Origin: an uncultured Actinomycetota bacterium
GTDB taxonomy: Bacteria; Actinomycetota; Actinomycetes; JAHEKZ01
Reading direction: 5' to 3'
NCBI GenBank assembly: GCA_963829525.1
Contig: CAWHIJ010000003.1
Location: 2,304,001 to 2,368,000, forward strand
Length of the DNA: 64,000 nt
In this document: positions 9,538 to 24,025 of the stretch, in pieces
Position numbering within the stretch: position 1 is the stretch's first letter
Layout of the letters: every line of letters starts with the position of its first letter
Program-made: the position numbers and the translations under genes
The notes under the pieces: model-generated
Told to the model about the DNA's origin: nothing
The model's input: the letters and a program-made list of their open reading frames with translations, nothing else
Databases searched by the model: none

Positions 9538-10821
9538 ATGTTTACCCCTGAGGTGTTGCCGGAGCCGTTGCTTGCGGTGCTTGGTCAGGTGCGGGCTTGG
9601 TCCGGTGCCGATGCCCGGCAGGCTTTGGTGGGCGCTGACGCTCAGACCCGTGCGGGCTGGGTGGTGGGGTTGCAGCAGCTTGCTGATGCGGTCGCGGTGG
9701 CGAACCTGGCGGCGGTGGCGGCGTTCGACGCTGCGGGTGACGGCCAGGTGCTGCATGGTGCGGCGTCGACGCAGGCGTGGATCCGGGGTGCGTGCCGGGT
9801 GAGCGGTGCGGAGGCCGCTGAGCGGGTCAGGATCGCCCGGGCCGCTCGCGGGTTCCTCGGCGGCGCGGTCAGCAAGGTGGGTGAAGGCTTGTTGACCTAT
9901 GACCACCTACGCGCGGTCGAACGCGGCGTGCGGCACATTCCGCAGTCCCGGCAACCGGCGGCGGTGACCGTGCTGACCGACCTGGCCGAGGTCGGGTCGG
10001 TCACCGATGTGCGGACCGCCGGCAAGCACCTGCAGTTCGTGGTCGACCCCGACGGGTCTCTGGCCGACAGCTGTCAGCAGTTCGACCGCCGGTATCTGAC
10101 CCTGGCTCCGTTGCTGGATGGGATGACCTCCCTGGGCGGCCTCCTCGACGCTGAATCAGCCGCCCTGTTGACCGCGGCCCTAGAGCCGTTCCTGGTCCCT
10201 GCCGACGCCGCTGACACCCGCACCGCCGCGCAACGCCGCGCCGACGGGCTGGTCCAGATCGTCGCCTCCGCCGCCGACCAGGCGCTGCTCCCGGTCATCG
10301 GGGGTGAACGCCCCCACCTGCACGTGATCATCGACCCGCGCAGGCCTGCTTCAGATGTCCCCGGCGACACCGATCCAGCGACGCTGCCGCCGGGGCGGCT
10401 CCCGCAAGCACCCGGCGGTTCGGCGTTCCTGCACCCGGTGGCGGTGGCCCGGATCGGCTGCGACGCGCAGCTGACCGCGCTGCTCCTCGACGACCACGGC
10501 GTCGTGGTCGACCTCGGCCGCACCCGGCGGCTGTTCTCCCCGCAGCAGCGACGATTGCTCGCCGCCCGCGACGGCGGCTGCCGCTTCCCCGGCTGCGACC
10601 GGCCACCGGCCCACACCGACGCCCACCACCTGGTCCCCTGGCACGAAGGAGGCACCACCGACCTCGCCAACGCCCTACTGCTGTGCCGCCACCACCACAG
10701 AGCCGTCCACGAAGGCAAATGGACCCTGAACACGGCAAACCCCGAACGGGGAACCCACGGACCCATCACAGTCACCAGCCCCACCGGCCAACAACTCACC
10801 ACCCACCCCCGCGCACCCTGA
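9538..10821 (+). CDS. DUF222 + HNH endonuclease (13E12/REP13E12-like repeat family)
   Basis: RTAAQRRADGL, DLGRTRRLFSPQQRRLLAARDGGCRFPGC, DAHHLVPWHEGGTTDLANALLLCRHHHRAVH; start ATG 9538 (ORF track opens at 9442). Confidence 0.92.
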   Translation: MFTPEVLPEPLLAVLGQVRAWSGADARQALVGADAQTRAGWVVGLQQLADAVAVANLAAVAAFDAAGDGQVLHGAASTQAWIRGACRVSGAEAAERVRIARAARGFLGGAVSKVGEGLLTYDHLRAVERGVRHIPQSRQPAAVTVLTDLAEVGSVTDVRTAGKHLQFVVDPDGSLADSCQQFDRRYLTLAPLLDGMTSLGGLLDAESAALLTAALEPFLVPADAADTRTAAQRRADGLVQIVASAADQALLPVIGGERPHLHVIIDPRRPASDVPGDTDPATLPPGRLPQAPGGSAFLHPVAVARIGCDAQLTALLLDDHGVVVDLGRTRRLFSPQQRRLLAARDGGCRFPGCDRPPAHTDAHHLVPWHEGGTTDLANALLLCRHHHRAVHEGKWTLNTANPERGTHGPITVTSPTGQQLTTHPRAP

Positions 10822-10849
10822 CCGAATCCGGTACTGACGCGACCTCCGC

Positions 10850-12379
10850 TCAGCTCGGTGGCACGCCGACCCTCTCGAGGATGAGCTCGCGGACGCGTCC
10901 TGCATCCGCCTTGCCGGCGGTCGCCTTCATCACCGCACCGACGATTGCTCCTGCGGCCTGCACTTTGCCGTCGCGAATCTTGGCGGCGATATCCGGTTGC
11001 GCTGCGAGTGCGGCGTCGACAGCCTCGAGCAGGGCACCGTCGTCGGAGACGATGGCGAGCCCGCGCGCAAGAACGACTTCATCTGGACTGCCCTCACCGG
11101 CGAGCACTCCCTCGATCACCTGGCGAGCGAGTTTGTCGTTGAGCGAGCCTTCTGATGTGAGCACAATGATTCGATGAACGTCTGAAGGGGTGATCGGCAG
11201 CTCCGCCACGTCGAGTCCCCGCTCGTTGGAAATGCGGGAGATCTCACCCGTCCACCACTTGCGGGCATCTGCGGAGTCGGCTCCGAGAGCCACCGTCTGC
11301 TCCACCAGTTCGAGGGCCCCGGCGTTGATCAGTGACTGCATGTCGTGCTCGGAGATCCCCCACTCCTCACGCAGTCGCGCCCTGCGCTGAAGCGGCGGTT
11401 CGGGCAAGGTAGAACGCAGCGCCTCGATCCACTCTGCATCCGGCGCTACTGGCGTGAGATCGGGCTCTGGGAAGTAGCGGTAGTCCTCAGCCTCCTCCTT
11501 GACCCGCCCAGACGTGGTCGACCCGTCGTTCTCGTGAAAGTGACGAGTCTCTTGAATGATCGTTCCACCGGACTGCAGCACCGCCGCCTGCCGCTGGATC
11601 TCGAAGCGAACAGCGCGTTCGACCGAACGGATTGAGTTGACGTTCTTCGTCTCGGTACGGGTTCCGAACTCAGTCCGGCCCCGCGGCTTCAACGACAGGT
11701 TGGCATCTACCCGCATCGAACCCTGGTGCATGTGCGCATCAGAGACCCCAAGTGCAACGATCAGCTCACGGAGCTCCGTGACGTACGCCCTGGCGACGGA
11801 CGGCGCCAAAGCGGGCTCGACCTCGATCGGCTTCGTGACGATCTCGATGAGTGGAACACCAGCTCGGTTGTAGTCGATCAGCGAGTAGTCGGCGCCGTGG
11901 ATACGACCGGTTGCGCCGCCGACGTGCAAGATCTTGCCAGTGTCCTCTTCCATGTGCGCCCGCTCGATTCCCACCGTCAGGGGGCGGGGGCCGTCATCGG
12001 TTTCGACCAAGATCTCGAGCGCTCCGTTGAACGCGATCGGTTCGTCGTACTGCGACGTCTGGAAGTCCTTGGGCATGTCCGGGTAGAAGTAGTTCTTGCG
12101 CGCAAACCGCGACCAGTCAGCGATCGAGCAGCCCAAAGCGAGCCCGATCCGGACGGCCGACTCAACCGCCTTCTCGTTGACGACAGGGAGCGCTCCGGGG
12201 AGTCCAAGGCACACGGGGCAGACCTGCGTGTTCGGTGGCGCACCGAACACGGTTGGGCACCCGCAGAACATCTTGGTCAGCGTATTGAGCTCGACATGCA
12301 CCTCAAGACCCATGACTGGGTCGAAGGTGGCGATGGCGTCCTCGAACGACATCAGCGGCTCTGTCGTGTCAGCGGTCAT
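10850..12379 (-). CDS. gatB: Asp-tRNA(Asn)/Glu-tRNA(Gln) amidotransferase subunit B
   Basis: [43 protein letters not shown]. Confidence 0.97.
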   Translation of the reverse strand: MTADTTEPLMSFEDAIATFDPVMGLEVHVELNTLTKMFCGCPTVFGAPPNTQVCPVCLGLPGALPVVNEKAVESAVRIGLALGCSIADWSRFARKNYFYPDMPKDFQTSQYDEPIAFNGALEILVETDDGPRPLTVGIERAHMEEDTGKILHVGGATGRIHGADYSLIDYNRAGVPLIEIVTKPIEVEPALAPSVARAYVTELRELIVALGVSDAHMHQGSMRVDANLSLKPRGRTEFGTRTETKNVNSIRSVERAVRFEIQRQAAVLQSGGTIIQETRHFHENDGSTTSGRVKEEAEDYRYFPEPDLTPVAPDAEWIEALRSTLPEPPLQRRARLREEWGISEHDMQSLINAGALELVEQTVALGADSADARKWWTGEISRISNERGLDVAELPITPSDVHRIIVLTSEGSLNDKLARQVIEGVLAGEGSPDEVVLARGLAIVSDDGALLEAVDAALAAQPDIAAKIRDGKVQAAGAIVGAVMKATAGKADAGRVRELILERVGVPPS

Positions 12380-13892
12380 GTCACACCGCCCATCGCGAGC
12401 TCGGGGATTCGATCAAGCAACGGCCCACCCCAGCGCTCCCGAAGAGCGGCTTCAAGGACAGCACCCACCCGATACACCTGCTCGTCGCGCTGAACGGCGG
12501 CCATCACCTGGACGCCGACGGGTAGATCGTCATCACCAAGGCCGGCCGGGAGGCTCATCGCCGGCCCGCCGTAGAGGCTGGACGGAAGGGTTGCCAGGTC
12601 TGCCTTGTACATGGCGATCGGGATCGTCGGCGCGCTCGCCGATCGGGAAGGCTACGGTGGGTGTTGTCGGCGAGATCAGAACGTCCACCTTTTTGTATGC
12701 CGCATCGAAGTCGCGTCGGATGAGCGTGCGAACCTTCTGCGCCTGTCCGTAGTAGGCGTCGTAGTAGCCAGCCGACAGCGCATATGTGCCAAGCATGATG
12801 CGGCGCTTGACCTCCGGACCGAAGCCCTGGGCCCGCGTCATGGACATAACCTGCTCGACGCCGTGTTCCCCATCATCGCCTGCACGGAGTCCGTATCGCA
12901 TTCCATCAAAGCGGGCGAGGTTGCTCGAGCACTCACTGGGCGCGATGAGGTAGTAGGCAGGCAACGCGTATTCAAAGGATGGGCAGGAGACCTCGATCAC
13001 CTCAGCTCCCAGTCCTGTCAGCAGCTCGACCGTCTCATCGAACCTTGCTTGCACTCCGGATTGATAGCCCTCTCCCTGCAGTTGGGAGACGACGCCCACC
13101 TTCATGCCGGACGACACCACCGAGTTCACCGCGCGCAGCCGCGACGATCGGCGGAACTGGCGCCTCGATTGACGTGGCATCCCTCCGGTCGTGACCGGCG
13201 ATGACCTCATGAAGCAGCGCTGCGTCCAGAACCGAGCGGGCGAATGGTCCGCCCTGGTCCAGCGATGACGAGAAGGCCACGAGTCCGTATCGAGAGACGC
13301 CGCCGTAGGTCGGCTTGACACCCACGATTCCGGTGACGGCGGCCGGCTGCCGGATCGAGCCACCGGTGTCGGTGCCGATGGCGAGCGGCGCCTGTCGGGC
13401 CGCCACTGCCGCACTAGACCCTCCTGAGGATCCGCCCGGGATCCGGTTGAGGTTCCACGGGTTGCGCGTGACGCCGTAGGCGGAGTTCTCGGTGGACGAT
13501 CCCATCGCAAACTCATCCATGTTCGTCTTGCCGAGCACGACTACTCCGCCGGCTTTGAGTCGCTCGACCACCGTGGCGTCATACGGCGGGTGCCACCCCT
13601 CAAGGATCTTGGACCCGCACGTGGTTGGAGCACCTCGCATCGTGAAGACGTCCTTCAGCGCAAGCGGCACTCCGGCAAGGGGACCCAGCGCTGCGCCTTC
13701 AGCGCGGGCGCGGTCCACCCCATCTGCCTGGGCGAGCGCGAGGCCACGGTCGACGTGCAGGAAGGCATGGATCGCTTCGTCGGTCTGTTCGATCCGGTCC
13801 AGGTGTCCGGCCGTGACCTCATGGGCTGAGACGTCACCTCGCGCAACGAGCGCAGCTGTCTCGGCGGCTCCGAGAAGCGTCAGGTCGCTCAC
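12376..13892 (-). CDS. gatA: Glu-tRNA amidotransferase subunit A (frameshifts near 13130 and 12615)
   Basis: [45 protein letters not shown] across ORFs 13035..13982, 12533..13516 and 12376..12612; GTG start overlaps gatC stop. Confidence 0.94.
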
Positions 13893-14191
13893 TGCTCTTC
13901 CTCGTCCAGGATGCGCGGGACGCGGAAACGGTCGCCCTCTGCGGCGGGGGCAGCCGCCAGAACATCTTCGCGGGACAGACATGGGACGATGACGTCCGGA
14001 CGCACCACGTTGACCACGGGCACGGCGTGCGTTGTCGGAGGAACATTCTCTGCAGCCACCTCGGCAACCCGAGCGACCGCGCCCAAGATCACGTCGAGCT
14101 GCTCGCCGTAGTGATCGAGCTCGGAGTCGGTGAGTTGGAGGCGGGACAGGCGCGCCAGATGGGCGACGTCGTCACGGTCGAGCGCAGGCAT
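13889..14191 (-). CDS. gatC: Glu-tRNA amidotransferase subunit C
   Basis: [18 protein letters not shown]...FRVPRIL; AGGAG SD before ATG 14191. Confidence 0.95.
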   Translation of the reverse strand: MPALDRDDVAHLARLSRLQLTDSELDHYGEQLDVILGAVARVAEVAAENVPPTTHAVPVVNVVRPDVIVPCLSREDVLAAAPAAEGDRFRVPRILDEEEQ

Positions 14192-14255
14192 GGGACTCCT
14201 GGCGTCAGTGGCTATCGCGGATGCGTCGTGTGCACCGGTCATCTTACGGATGACG

Positions 14256-16415
14256 TCAGGCAGAACCGCCGACCCCTTCGGCTCCGCCACGCAGGACGCG
14301 CAGTTCGCGCTGCTGCGATGGGTGGCGCATGAGCCAGGCCGTTGCATTCTCGGCGTCGAGCGGACGACTTACGTACCAACCCTGGCAGGCATCGCAGCCC
14401 AAGCCCCGCAACAGATCCCACACCTCCTCTGACTCCACCCCTTCGGCGACCGCCGTCATCCCCAGACCATGGGCCAAATCGACGATCGAGGCCACGATGG
14501 TCACGTCCCCTGGGTCGGCGGTGAGCCGCGAGACGAATGACCGGTCGATCTTGATCTCAGCGATTGGCAACTTCTTGAGCAAGACCATTGATGAGTACCC
14601 GGTCCCGAAGTCGTCCAATGACGCCGCGACTCCAAGGCGACGAAGTGAGTTGAGGGTGGCATTTACCTCGCCGGAGTCGCGGGTCAAGACCCGCTCAGTG
14701 AGCTCGAGCACCAGCATTGACGCCGGAAGATCATGTCGTTCGAGGGCGCTCGCCACCACTGCAACAAGATCGCGCCCGTGCAGGTCACGCATCGATACGT
14801 TCACTGCAACTGGAACTTGCAGACCACCCATTCTCCACTTGGAGACCTGGGACAACGACTCATCGATGACATGTTCTGTGAGGGGAGCCATGAGTCCGGA
14901 GTGCTCGGCCATGGGGATGAACTCATCGGGCATGACCAGCCCACGCTGAGGGTGATGCCAGCGGACTAGCGCCTCGACCCCTACGACGTCACCGGAGCTC
15001 AGCGACACCTTCGGCTGGTAGTGCACACGCAGCTCACCGTTCTCCAGCGCATTGCGAAGGCCACCCAGCAGGGCTAGCCGGCTTGCCGAGTTCCGGTCCC
15101 GGTCGGCTACGTAGACTTCGACTCCGGTGCGCTCCTCCTTCGCCAGGTACATCGCGACGTCAGCGCGACGCACGATCGGGTCAACATCCTCGCCGTGCTC
15201 GGGAGAGACGGCCACCCCAATACTTGCCTCGAGCTCGAAGAGCATCCCCTCGACATGAAATGGGCGAGTGAGTGCCTGACGAACTCGCTGGGCGACCTCC
15301 ACTGCCGCCTCAGAGTTGCGCACGGGGTCGAGCAGAATCGCGTACTCGTCGCCACCGAGCCTGGCGACCATGTCACTGGGTCGCAGGGCACCTTGGATCC
15401 GCTGCGCAACCACCGCGAGCAGGCGATCACCCACCTGGTGCCCCAAGGTGTCGTTGACCTCCTTGAATCGATCGAGATCGAGCAGGCAGAAGGCGATGTT
15501 GACCTGCCGTCGCCTAGCCTCATCGAGCCGCGTGGCCAGCTCGGTGAGAATCATCTTGCGGTTGGGCAGACCCGTGAGCGAGTCGTGCAGTGCTTGGTGC
15601 TCTTTCTCCCGCGAGATGGATGCGGTCTTACGCACAGCAAAGAGAGGGAGTAGCAGGAGTGGGAGGAAGGCCGGTACGTCTGACACGAAGACCACGATCG
15701 GCGAGACGGCCAGCACCGCCATCGTGGTGAAGAAGTAGTAGCCAAAGTCTTCGAAGAAGTCGTCGGCAAATGTGCGACCCGGATCGGCGAGCAGCGAGAA
15801 GAGCGTGTTGTTGACGAAGAAGAAGGCGAGCCAACCCGCAACGATCCAGGTGAGGTCAATGGCCTCGAGCCCAGATAGTGGCTCCGAGAGTGTCGGAATG
15901 GGTTCGCCCCTCGCGCTCTGCCAGAGCTCCATGATGAGAGCGGCAGACCCAAGGCTCAGCGCAAACTGCCCAATGTTGTAAGGGACCTTCCACAGGGGCT
16001 TGTGCTTGACGATCTCAGAGACCAGCGAGGCGCACGAAATCAGCGCGATGGCCGGCCATGGGCCGTACAGGTAGAGGATGGCAAAGGTGAACGCGTCGCT
16101 GGTCGCCACGCCCTGGCTGTCATACCCGCTTCCCACGATGACTGGACTGAGCTCGAAGAGCAGCAGCAGGCTCGCGATGACCCAGAAGGTGGGTGTGGCT
16201 CCGCTGAGGGCCGGCACTGTCTGCAGGAGCGCGTAGCCAAGGAGCGTAAGGCCCCCGACGACCGATACCCACCACCCCAGAACGAACATCGATGGTCTGA
16301 GCAGGCTGGGATGGTCGGGCGGTCCGGGAGCATCGGCGAGCAGGTCAGCGTCACTCATCGCCCACCTCCCGATCCTGACCCTGGTCCTGATCCCGGTCGC
16401 AGTCGCAGTCGCCAT
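14256..16415 (-). CDS. Membrane-bound diguanylate cyclase/phosphodiesterase (TM sensor-GGDEF-EAL)
   Basis: Several TM segments, [15 protein letters not shown]-site plus [21 protein letters not shown]. Confidence 0.93.
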   Translation of the reverse strand: MATATATGIRTRVRIGRWAMSDADLLADAPGPPDHPSLLRPSMFVLGWWVSVVGGLTLLGYALLQTVPALSGATPTFWVIASLLLLFELSPVIVGSGYDSQGVATSDAFTFAILYLYGPWPAIALISCASLVSEIVKHKPLWKVPYNIGQFALSLGSAALIMELWQSARGEPIPTLSEPLSGLEAIDLTWIVAGWLAFFFVNNTLFSLLADPGRTFADDFFEDFGYYFFTTMAVLAVSPIVVFVSDVPAFLPLLLLPLFAVRKTASISREKEHQALHDSLTGLPNRKMILTELATRLDEARRRQVNIAFCLLDLDRFKEVNDTLGHQVGDRLLAVVAQRIQGALRPSDMVARLGGDEYAILLDPVRNSEAAVEVAQRVRQALTRPFHVEGMLFELEASIGVAVSPEHGEDVDPIVRRADVAMYLAKEERTGVEVYVADRDRNSASRLALLGGLRNALENGELRVHYQPKVSLSSGDVVGVEALVRWHHPQRGLVMPDEFIPMAEHSGLMAPLTEHVIDESLSQVSKWRMGGLQVPVAVNVSMRDLHGRDLVAVVASALERHDLPASMLVLELTERVLTRDSGEVNATLNSLRRLGVAASLDDFGTGYSSMVLLKKLPIAEIKIDRSFVSRLTADPGDVTIVASIVDLAHGLGMTAVAEGVESEEVWDLLRGLGCDACQGWYVSRPLDAENATAWLMRHPSQQRELRVLRGGAEGVGGSA

Positions 16416-16478
16416 GCCTCTCGATGGTACCGACCCGGTGACAATCTGTAATCAGTCAACTACCTACTGTTCACCCAT

Positions 16479-19715
<3,237 letters not shown>

Positions 19716-19719
<4 letters not shown>

Positions 19720-20795
19720 AACGTGGCGGTGATGGTCGCCGAGCCGCGCACCCGTGTGCCTTCGTACAGCACCAGAGTCTGCCCGGGAGCCACTCCTGAC
19801 GCTGGCTCATCGAGCGTCGCACGAAGCAGTCCGGCGGACTCAACATGCACGGTTGCGGTCACCGTCTCGCCGTGGGCGCGGTACTGCACGGCGAACGCCT
19901 CACCGTCGGCCACCGGCTGTGCGCCACACCAGAGCGGTCGCTCGGCGACGATCTCGTTGAACCGCGAGGGCCTCTCGGGGCCGACGGTGACGGTGTTGGT
20001 GGTCGGCTCGATCGAGAGCACGTAGCGCGGCTGGCGATCAGCGGTGGCCACGGTCAGACCCAGACCCTTCCGCTGACCCACGGTGAAGGCGTAGGCACCG
20101 TCGTGGTCGCCGAGCACGACGCCATCGCTGTCGACCACGTGTCCCGGACGCTCGCCCAGATGCGACGTAAGGAACGCCTTGGTGTCACCGTCGGCGATGA
20201 AGCAGATGTCGTGGCTGTCGGGCTTGTCGGCGACGAGGATGCCGCGAGCTGCTGCCTCCCGGCGCACCTCCGCCTTCAGGGAGTCGCCGAGCGGGAACAT
20301 CGACCTGCCGATCTGGTCGCGGTCGAGGACAGCCAAGCACGTACGACTGGTCCTTGTCCGGATCGACTGCTCGATGCAGCTCTGGCCCATCGGGACCGTC
20401 GACGATCTGCGCGTAGTGGCCGGTGCACACCGCGTCGAAACCCAACCCGACGGCGCGGTCGAGAACCGCGGCAAACTTGATTCGCTCGTTGCAGCGCAGG
20501 CACGGGTTGGGCGTGCGTCCCGCTGCGTACTCGGACAGGAAGTCGTCGACCACCTCGGCTCGGAACTGCTCGGCGAGGTCCCACACGTAGTAGGGCAGCC
20601 CCAGGACGTCGGCAACCCGTCTGCGCATCCCTGGAGTCCTCCAGGCTGCAACATCCGCGTGACGCCAGAGCGAAAGGTCTGCGGATTGCTGCTCAGTGCC
20701 AGATGGACAGCCGTGACGTCGTGCCCAGCATCACGCACCCGAGCTGCAGCCACCGCGGAGTCGACTCCGCCGGAGAGTGCTGCCAGGACGCGCAT
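19716..20795 (-). CDS. mnmA: tRNA-specific 2-thiouridylase (three compensating +1 indels at ~20664, ~20623, ~20335)
   Basis: [48 protein letters not shown]. Confidence 0.94.
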
Positions 20796-20808
20796 CAGTA
20801 CCCGCCCG

Positions 20809-21996
20809 TCAGACCTGGGCGGCGGTCGACGCTCGGGATGCCCTAGCCCGCTCGACGACGGGCCCGATAACGGCCACCAGCTCATCGACATCAGTCCGGG
20901 TCGAGGTGTGCCCTAGCGAGAACCGTAGAGACGAGCGCGCCTCTGCTGGCGAAGATCCCATCGCCAGCAGCACATGGCTTGGCTCAGCAACGCCAGCAGA
21001 GCAGGCAGATCCTGTGGAGCAGTGCACGCCGCGAGCGTCCAGCAACATCAGCAAAGAGTCACCTTCACATCCGGGGAAAGACATGTGCGCATTGCCCGGC
21101 AGGCGGTGGGCCTCGTCGAGGCGTGGGTCCCCGTTCAATCGAGCATCGGGTACCTGTTCGACGACTCCGGCGATCAGCTCGTCCCGAAGTACTGCAACGG
21201 TCGCCTCACGCGGGGCGCGAGTGTCGATCGCCTCGGTCACGGCGGCGGCAAAGCCCACGATCGACGGAGTGTCCAGGGTGCCGGACCGGACGTCGCGCTC
21301 CTGACCACCGCCGTGAATCAACGGTGCGGGAGTTGCTGACCGCCCGAGGAGAAGGGCACCAACGCCGACGGGGCCGCCGAGCTTGTGCCCACTCAGGGTG
21401 ACGGCGTCCAAGCCGGACGCGGCGAAGTCGAGCGGGAGATGCCCGGCGACCTGAACAGCGTCGGAGTGAATGGGCACCCCGAAGGCAGCGGCCGCGGCCG
21501 CGCACTGGCGGACCGGCTGCACGGTTCCAACCTCATTGTTGGCCCACATCACAGTCACCAGCGCCACTGAATCGGGATCACGGGCGATCTCGTCATGGAT
21601 CTGCTGGGCGTCGACCCGACCTACCGAGTCGACCTCGAGCCAGACGACCTCGGCCCCTTGTTGTTCGACGAGCCAGCGCACTGGGTCGAGAACAGCGTGA
21701 TGCTCGATGCTGCTGGCGAGAACGCGCGGGCGTCGGCGCTCCTGTTGCCGGCTCCAGTACAGCCCCTTGACCGCGAGGTTGTCGGCCTCTGTGCCGCCCG
21801 CGGTGAAGACCACCTCACTGGGACGCGCACCAAAGGCAGCGGCTATAGCCTCACGACTCTCCTCGACCGCGCGGCGCGCCCGGCGCCCAGCGGCGTGTAG
21901 TGACGAGGGGTTGCCGACCTCGCCGAGCTCCTTGGTGAGAGCCGCCATCGCGGCCGGGAGCATCGGCGTCGTCGCAGCGTGATCCAGATAGGCCAT
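20809..21996 (-). CDS. iscS: Cysteine desulfurase (IscS/NifS family)
   Basis: YLDHAATT, NPSSLH, SGHKLGG PLP lysine, STGSACS catalytic Cys; adjacent to mnmA. Confidence 0.93.
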   Translation of the reverse strand: MAYLDHAATTPMLPAAMAALTKELGEVGNPSSLHAAGRRARRAVEESREAIAAAFGARPSEVVFTAGGTEADNLAVKGLYWSRQQERRRPRVLASSIEHHAVLDPVRWLVEQQGAEVVWLEVDSVGRVDAQQIHDEIARDPDSVALVTVMWANNEVGTVQPVRQCAAAAAAFGVPIHSDAVQVAGHLPLDFAASGLDAVTLSGHKLGGPVGVGALLLGRSATPAPLIHGGGQERDVRSGTLDTPSIVGFAAAVTEAIDTRAPREATVAVLRDELIAGVVEQVPDARLNGDPRLDEAHRLPGNAHMSFPGCEGDSLLMLLDARGVHCSTGSACSAGVAEPSHVLLAMGSSPAEARSSLRFSLGHTSTRTDVDELVAVIGPVVERARASRASTAAQV

Positions 21997-22023
21997 CGCC
22001 GAACCAGTCTAGGCGAGCCGAAG

Positions 22024-22977
22024 TCAGGCCTTCCGCCGAGTGACTTCCTCGGTCAGCTGTGGAAGGACGGTGTGCAGGTCACCAACGACTCCGAAGTCAG
22101 CCAGGTCGAAGATCGGCGCCTCGGAGTCCTTGTTGACGGCGATGATCGTCTTGGAGGTCTGCATACCGGCGCGGTGCTGGATCGCCCCTGAGATGCCGTT
22201 GGCTATGTACAGCTGGGGTGAGACGGTCTTGCCCGTCTGACCGACCTGGAACTGGTGCGGGTACCACCCCGCGTCGGTCGCAGCCCGCGAGGCTCCAACG
22301 GCTGCACCCAGCGAGTCGGCCAGGGACTCGATGACGGCAAAGCCCTCAGGTGACCCGACCCCTCGCCCACCCGAGACAACGATCGCCGCCTCGGTGAGTT
22401 CAGGACGCCCAGCCCGCTCCTGGGCCACCCGATCGGTGACTCTTGCGGCCTGGTCGGTGTCGGCAACAGTGACATCGAGGTCGACACGGCGCCCCGTGCC
22501 TGGAGAGTGCTCAGCGGCAACGCTGTTGGGGCGCACCGCGATGATCGGGGTACCGGTCGTGACGACGGAGTGCACCAGCGTCGAGCCACCGAACACCGAC
22601 TGCTGGGCGACGAAGCCTGCGTCGACGCCCACGGCGTCGGTAATGATCCCGCAACCGGAACGGACGGCCAACCGCGCGGCGATTTCCTTGCCTTCGGCAT
22701 TGGCCGGCACCAGCACGCCCGCTGCGCTGGACGCTGCAAGCGCAGCCTGTAGCGCCGAAACCTTGGGCGCCACAACGTGGTCGGCGTACTCAGCACCGGT
22801 GGCGACATAAATGGTGTCGGCGCCACCTGCGGCCAGGCTTGCGACGACGTCTTCGGAGACCTCACCGATCACTACCGCCGCGGGCTCACCGAGAGTGCGG
22901 GCGAGAGTAATGAGCTCGAAGGTGACCTTCTTGACGTCACCGCCGGCGTGCTCGACAAGCACGAGTACTTCAGCCAT
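22024..22977 (-). CDS. etfA: Electron transfer flavoprotein alpha subunit
   Basis: [36 protein letters not shown]. Confidence 0.96.
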   Translation of the reverse strand: MAEVLVLVEHAGGDVKKVTFELITLARTLGEPAAVVIGEVSEDVVASLAAGGADTIYVATGAEYADHVVAPKVSALQAALAASSAAGVLVPANAEGKEIAARLAVRSGCGIITDAVGVDAGFVAQQSVFGGSTLVHSVVTTGTPIIAVRPNSVAAEHSPGTGRRVDLDVTVADTDQAARVTDRVAQERAGRPELTEAAIVVSGGRGVGSPEGFAVIESLADSLGAAVGASRAATDAGWYPHQFQVGQTGKTVSPQLYIANGISGAIQHRAGMQTSKTIIAVNKDSEAPIFDLADFGVVGDLHTVLPQLTEEVTRRKA

Positions 22978-23007
22978 GGGGTCCTCCCGGACGTGGATTC
23001 CTGCAGG

Positions 23008-23799
23008 TCAGATGAACTTCTGGGCGCTGAGGAAGTCAGCCACCTTGGTGCCGCCATCACCTTCGTCGATGACAACCGTGCCAGCAGCGCGCGGTGGACG
23101 GGCAGCGAAGTTCTGGACCGCGCTCCATGACCCAGCGAGGCCGACGGCTCCGCCTTCGACTCCGAGGTCGGCAAGGGAAAGTGTTTCCACCGGCTTCTTC
23201 TTGGCAGCCATGATCCCCTTGAACGACGGATAGCGGGGTTCGTTGATCTTCTCAACCACGCTCACGAGCGCGGGAAGCTGCGCCTCGACGACGTCGTATC
23301 CGTAGTCCGTCACGCGCTGGATCCGCACCGTCGCACCATCGAGCTCGACCTTGCCTGCGAAAGTCAGCTGTGGGCGTCCGGTTCGCTCGGCCAGCATCGC
23401 CGGGACGACGGACATACGAGCGTCGGTGCTCTCCGAACCCATCAAGACGAGGTCGGGCGCAAGTCGGTCGATGGCAGCAGCCAAAACCGCTGACGTAGCC
23501 AGGGCGTCACTGCCGTGGAGCGCATCGTCGACAACGTGAACTCCGTCATCGGCACCCATCTGCAGCCCCTTGCGAACGCTTTCGACAGCCTTCTCCGGCC
23601 CGACGGTCAGCACCGTCACGGTGCAGGCATCTGCACCGCCGAGTCGCTCCTGGATCTGGAGGGCCTCCTCGACGGCGTACTCGTCGAGCTCGTTGACGAC
23701 TGCGTCGGCGGCTTCACGATCGAGGGTGTTGTCGGCCGGGTTGAGCTTCTTCTCTGCCCAGGAATCGGGCACCTGCTTGACGCACACGACGATTTTCAC
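23008..23799 (-). CDS. etfB: Electron transfer flavoprotein beta subunit
   Basis: KIVVCVKQVPD, NELDEYAVE, NEPRYPSFKGIMAAKKK; GGAGG SD before GTG 23799. Confidence 0.96.
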   Translation of the reverse strand: MKIVVCVKQVPDSWAEKKLNPADNTLDREAADAVVNELDEYAVEEALQIQERLGGADACTVTVLTVGPEKAVESVRKGLQMGADDGVHVVDDALHGSDALATSAVLAAAIDRLAPDLVLMGSESTDARMSVVPAMLAERTGRPQLTFAGKVELDGATVRIQRVTDYGYDVVEAQLPALVSVVEKINEPRYPSFKGIMAAKKKPVETLSLADLGVEGGAVGLAGSWSAVQNFAARPPRAAGTVVIDEGDGGTKVADFLSAQKFI

Positions 23800-24025
23800 A
23801 GCGACGAACGCACCTCCTGCTGCCGACCTCCGTGCCCGCCTTGAGGTCGGGCCGGTAGTGGATTCTGCCGACCCGAGCGGGCCAGTCACTGACTCGCGAA
23901 CCAGTCTGCCAGACGCATTGGATCCAATCGTCTCCAGGGCGGCAGTGGAACAGCGAGTCCCATCAGGTTCGGGTATTTCGGCGGGCGCCAACGAACCGGA
24001 CAAGCCCTCGCCTACGCTCGCACCC

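Larger units (their letters stand above)
9263..10848 (+). mobile_element. Putative DUF222-HNH selfish element inserted between the sugar dehydrogenase gene and gatB
   Basis: Abrupt compositional change (G/T-rich left end, A/C-rich right end), own promoter, CTCAGCT direct repeat at both flanks; boundaries approximate. Confidence 0.5.
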
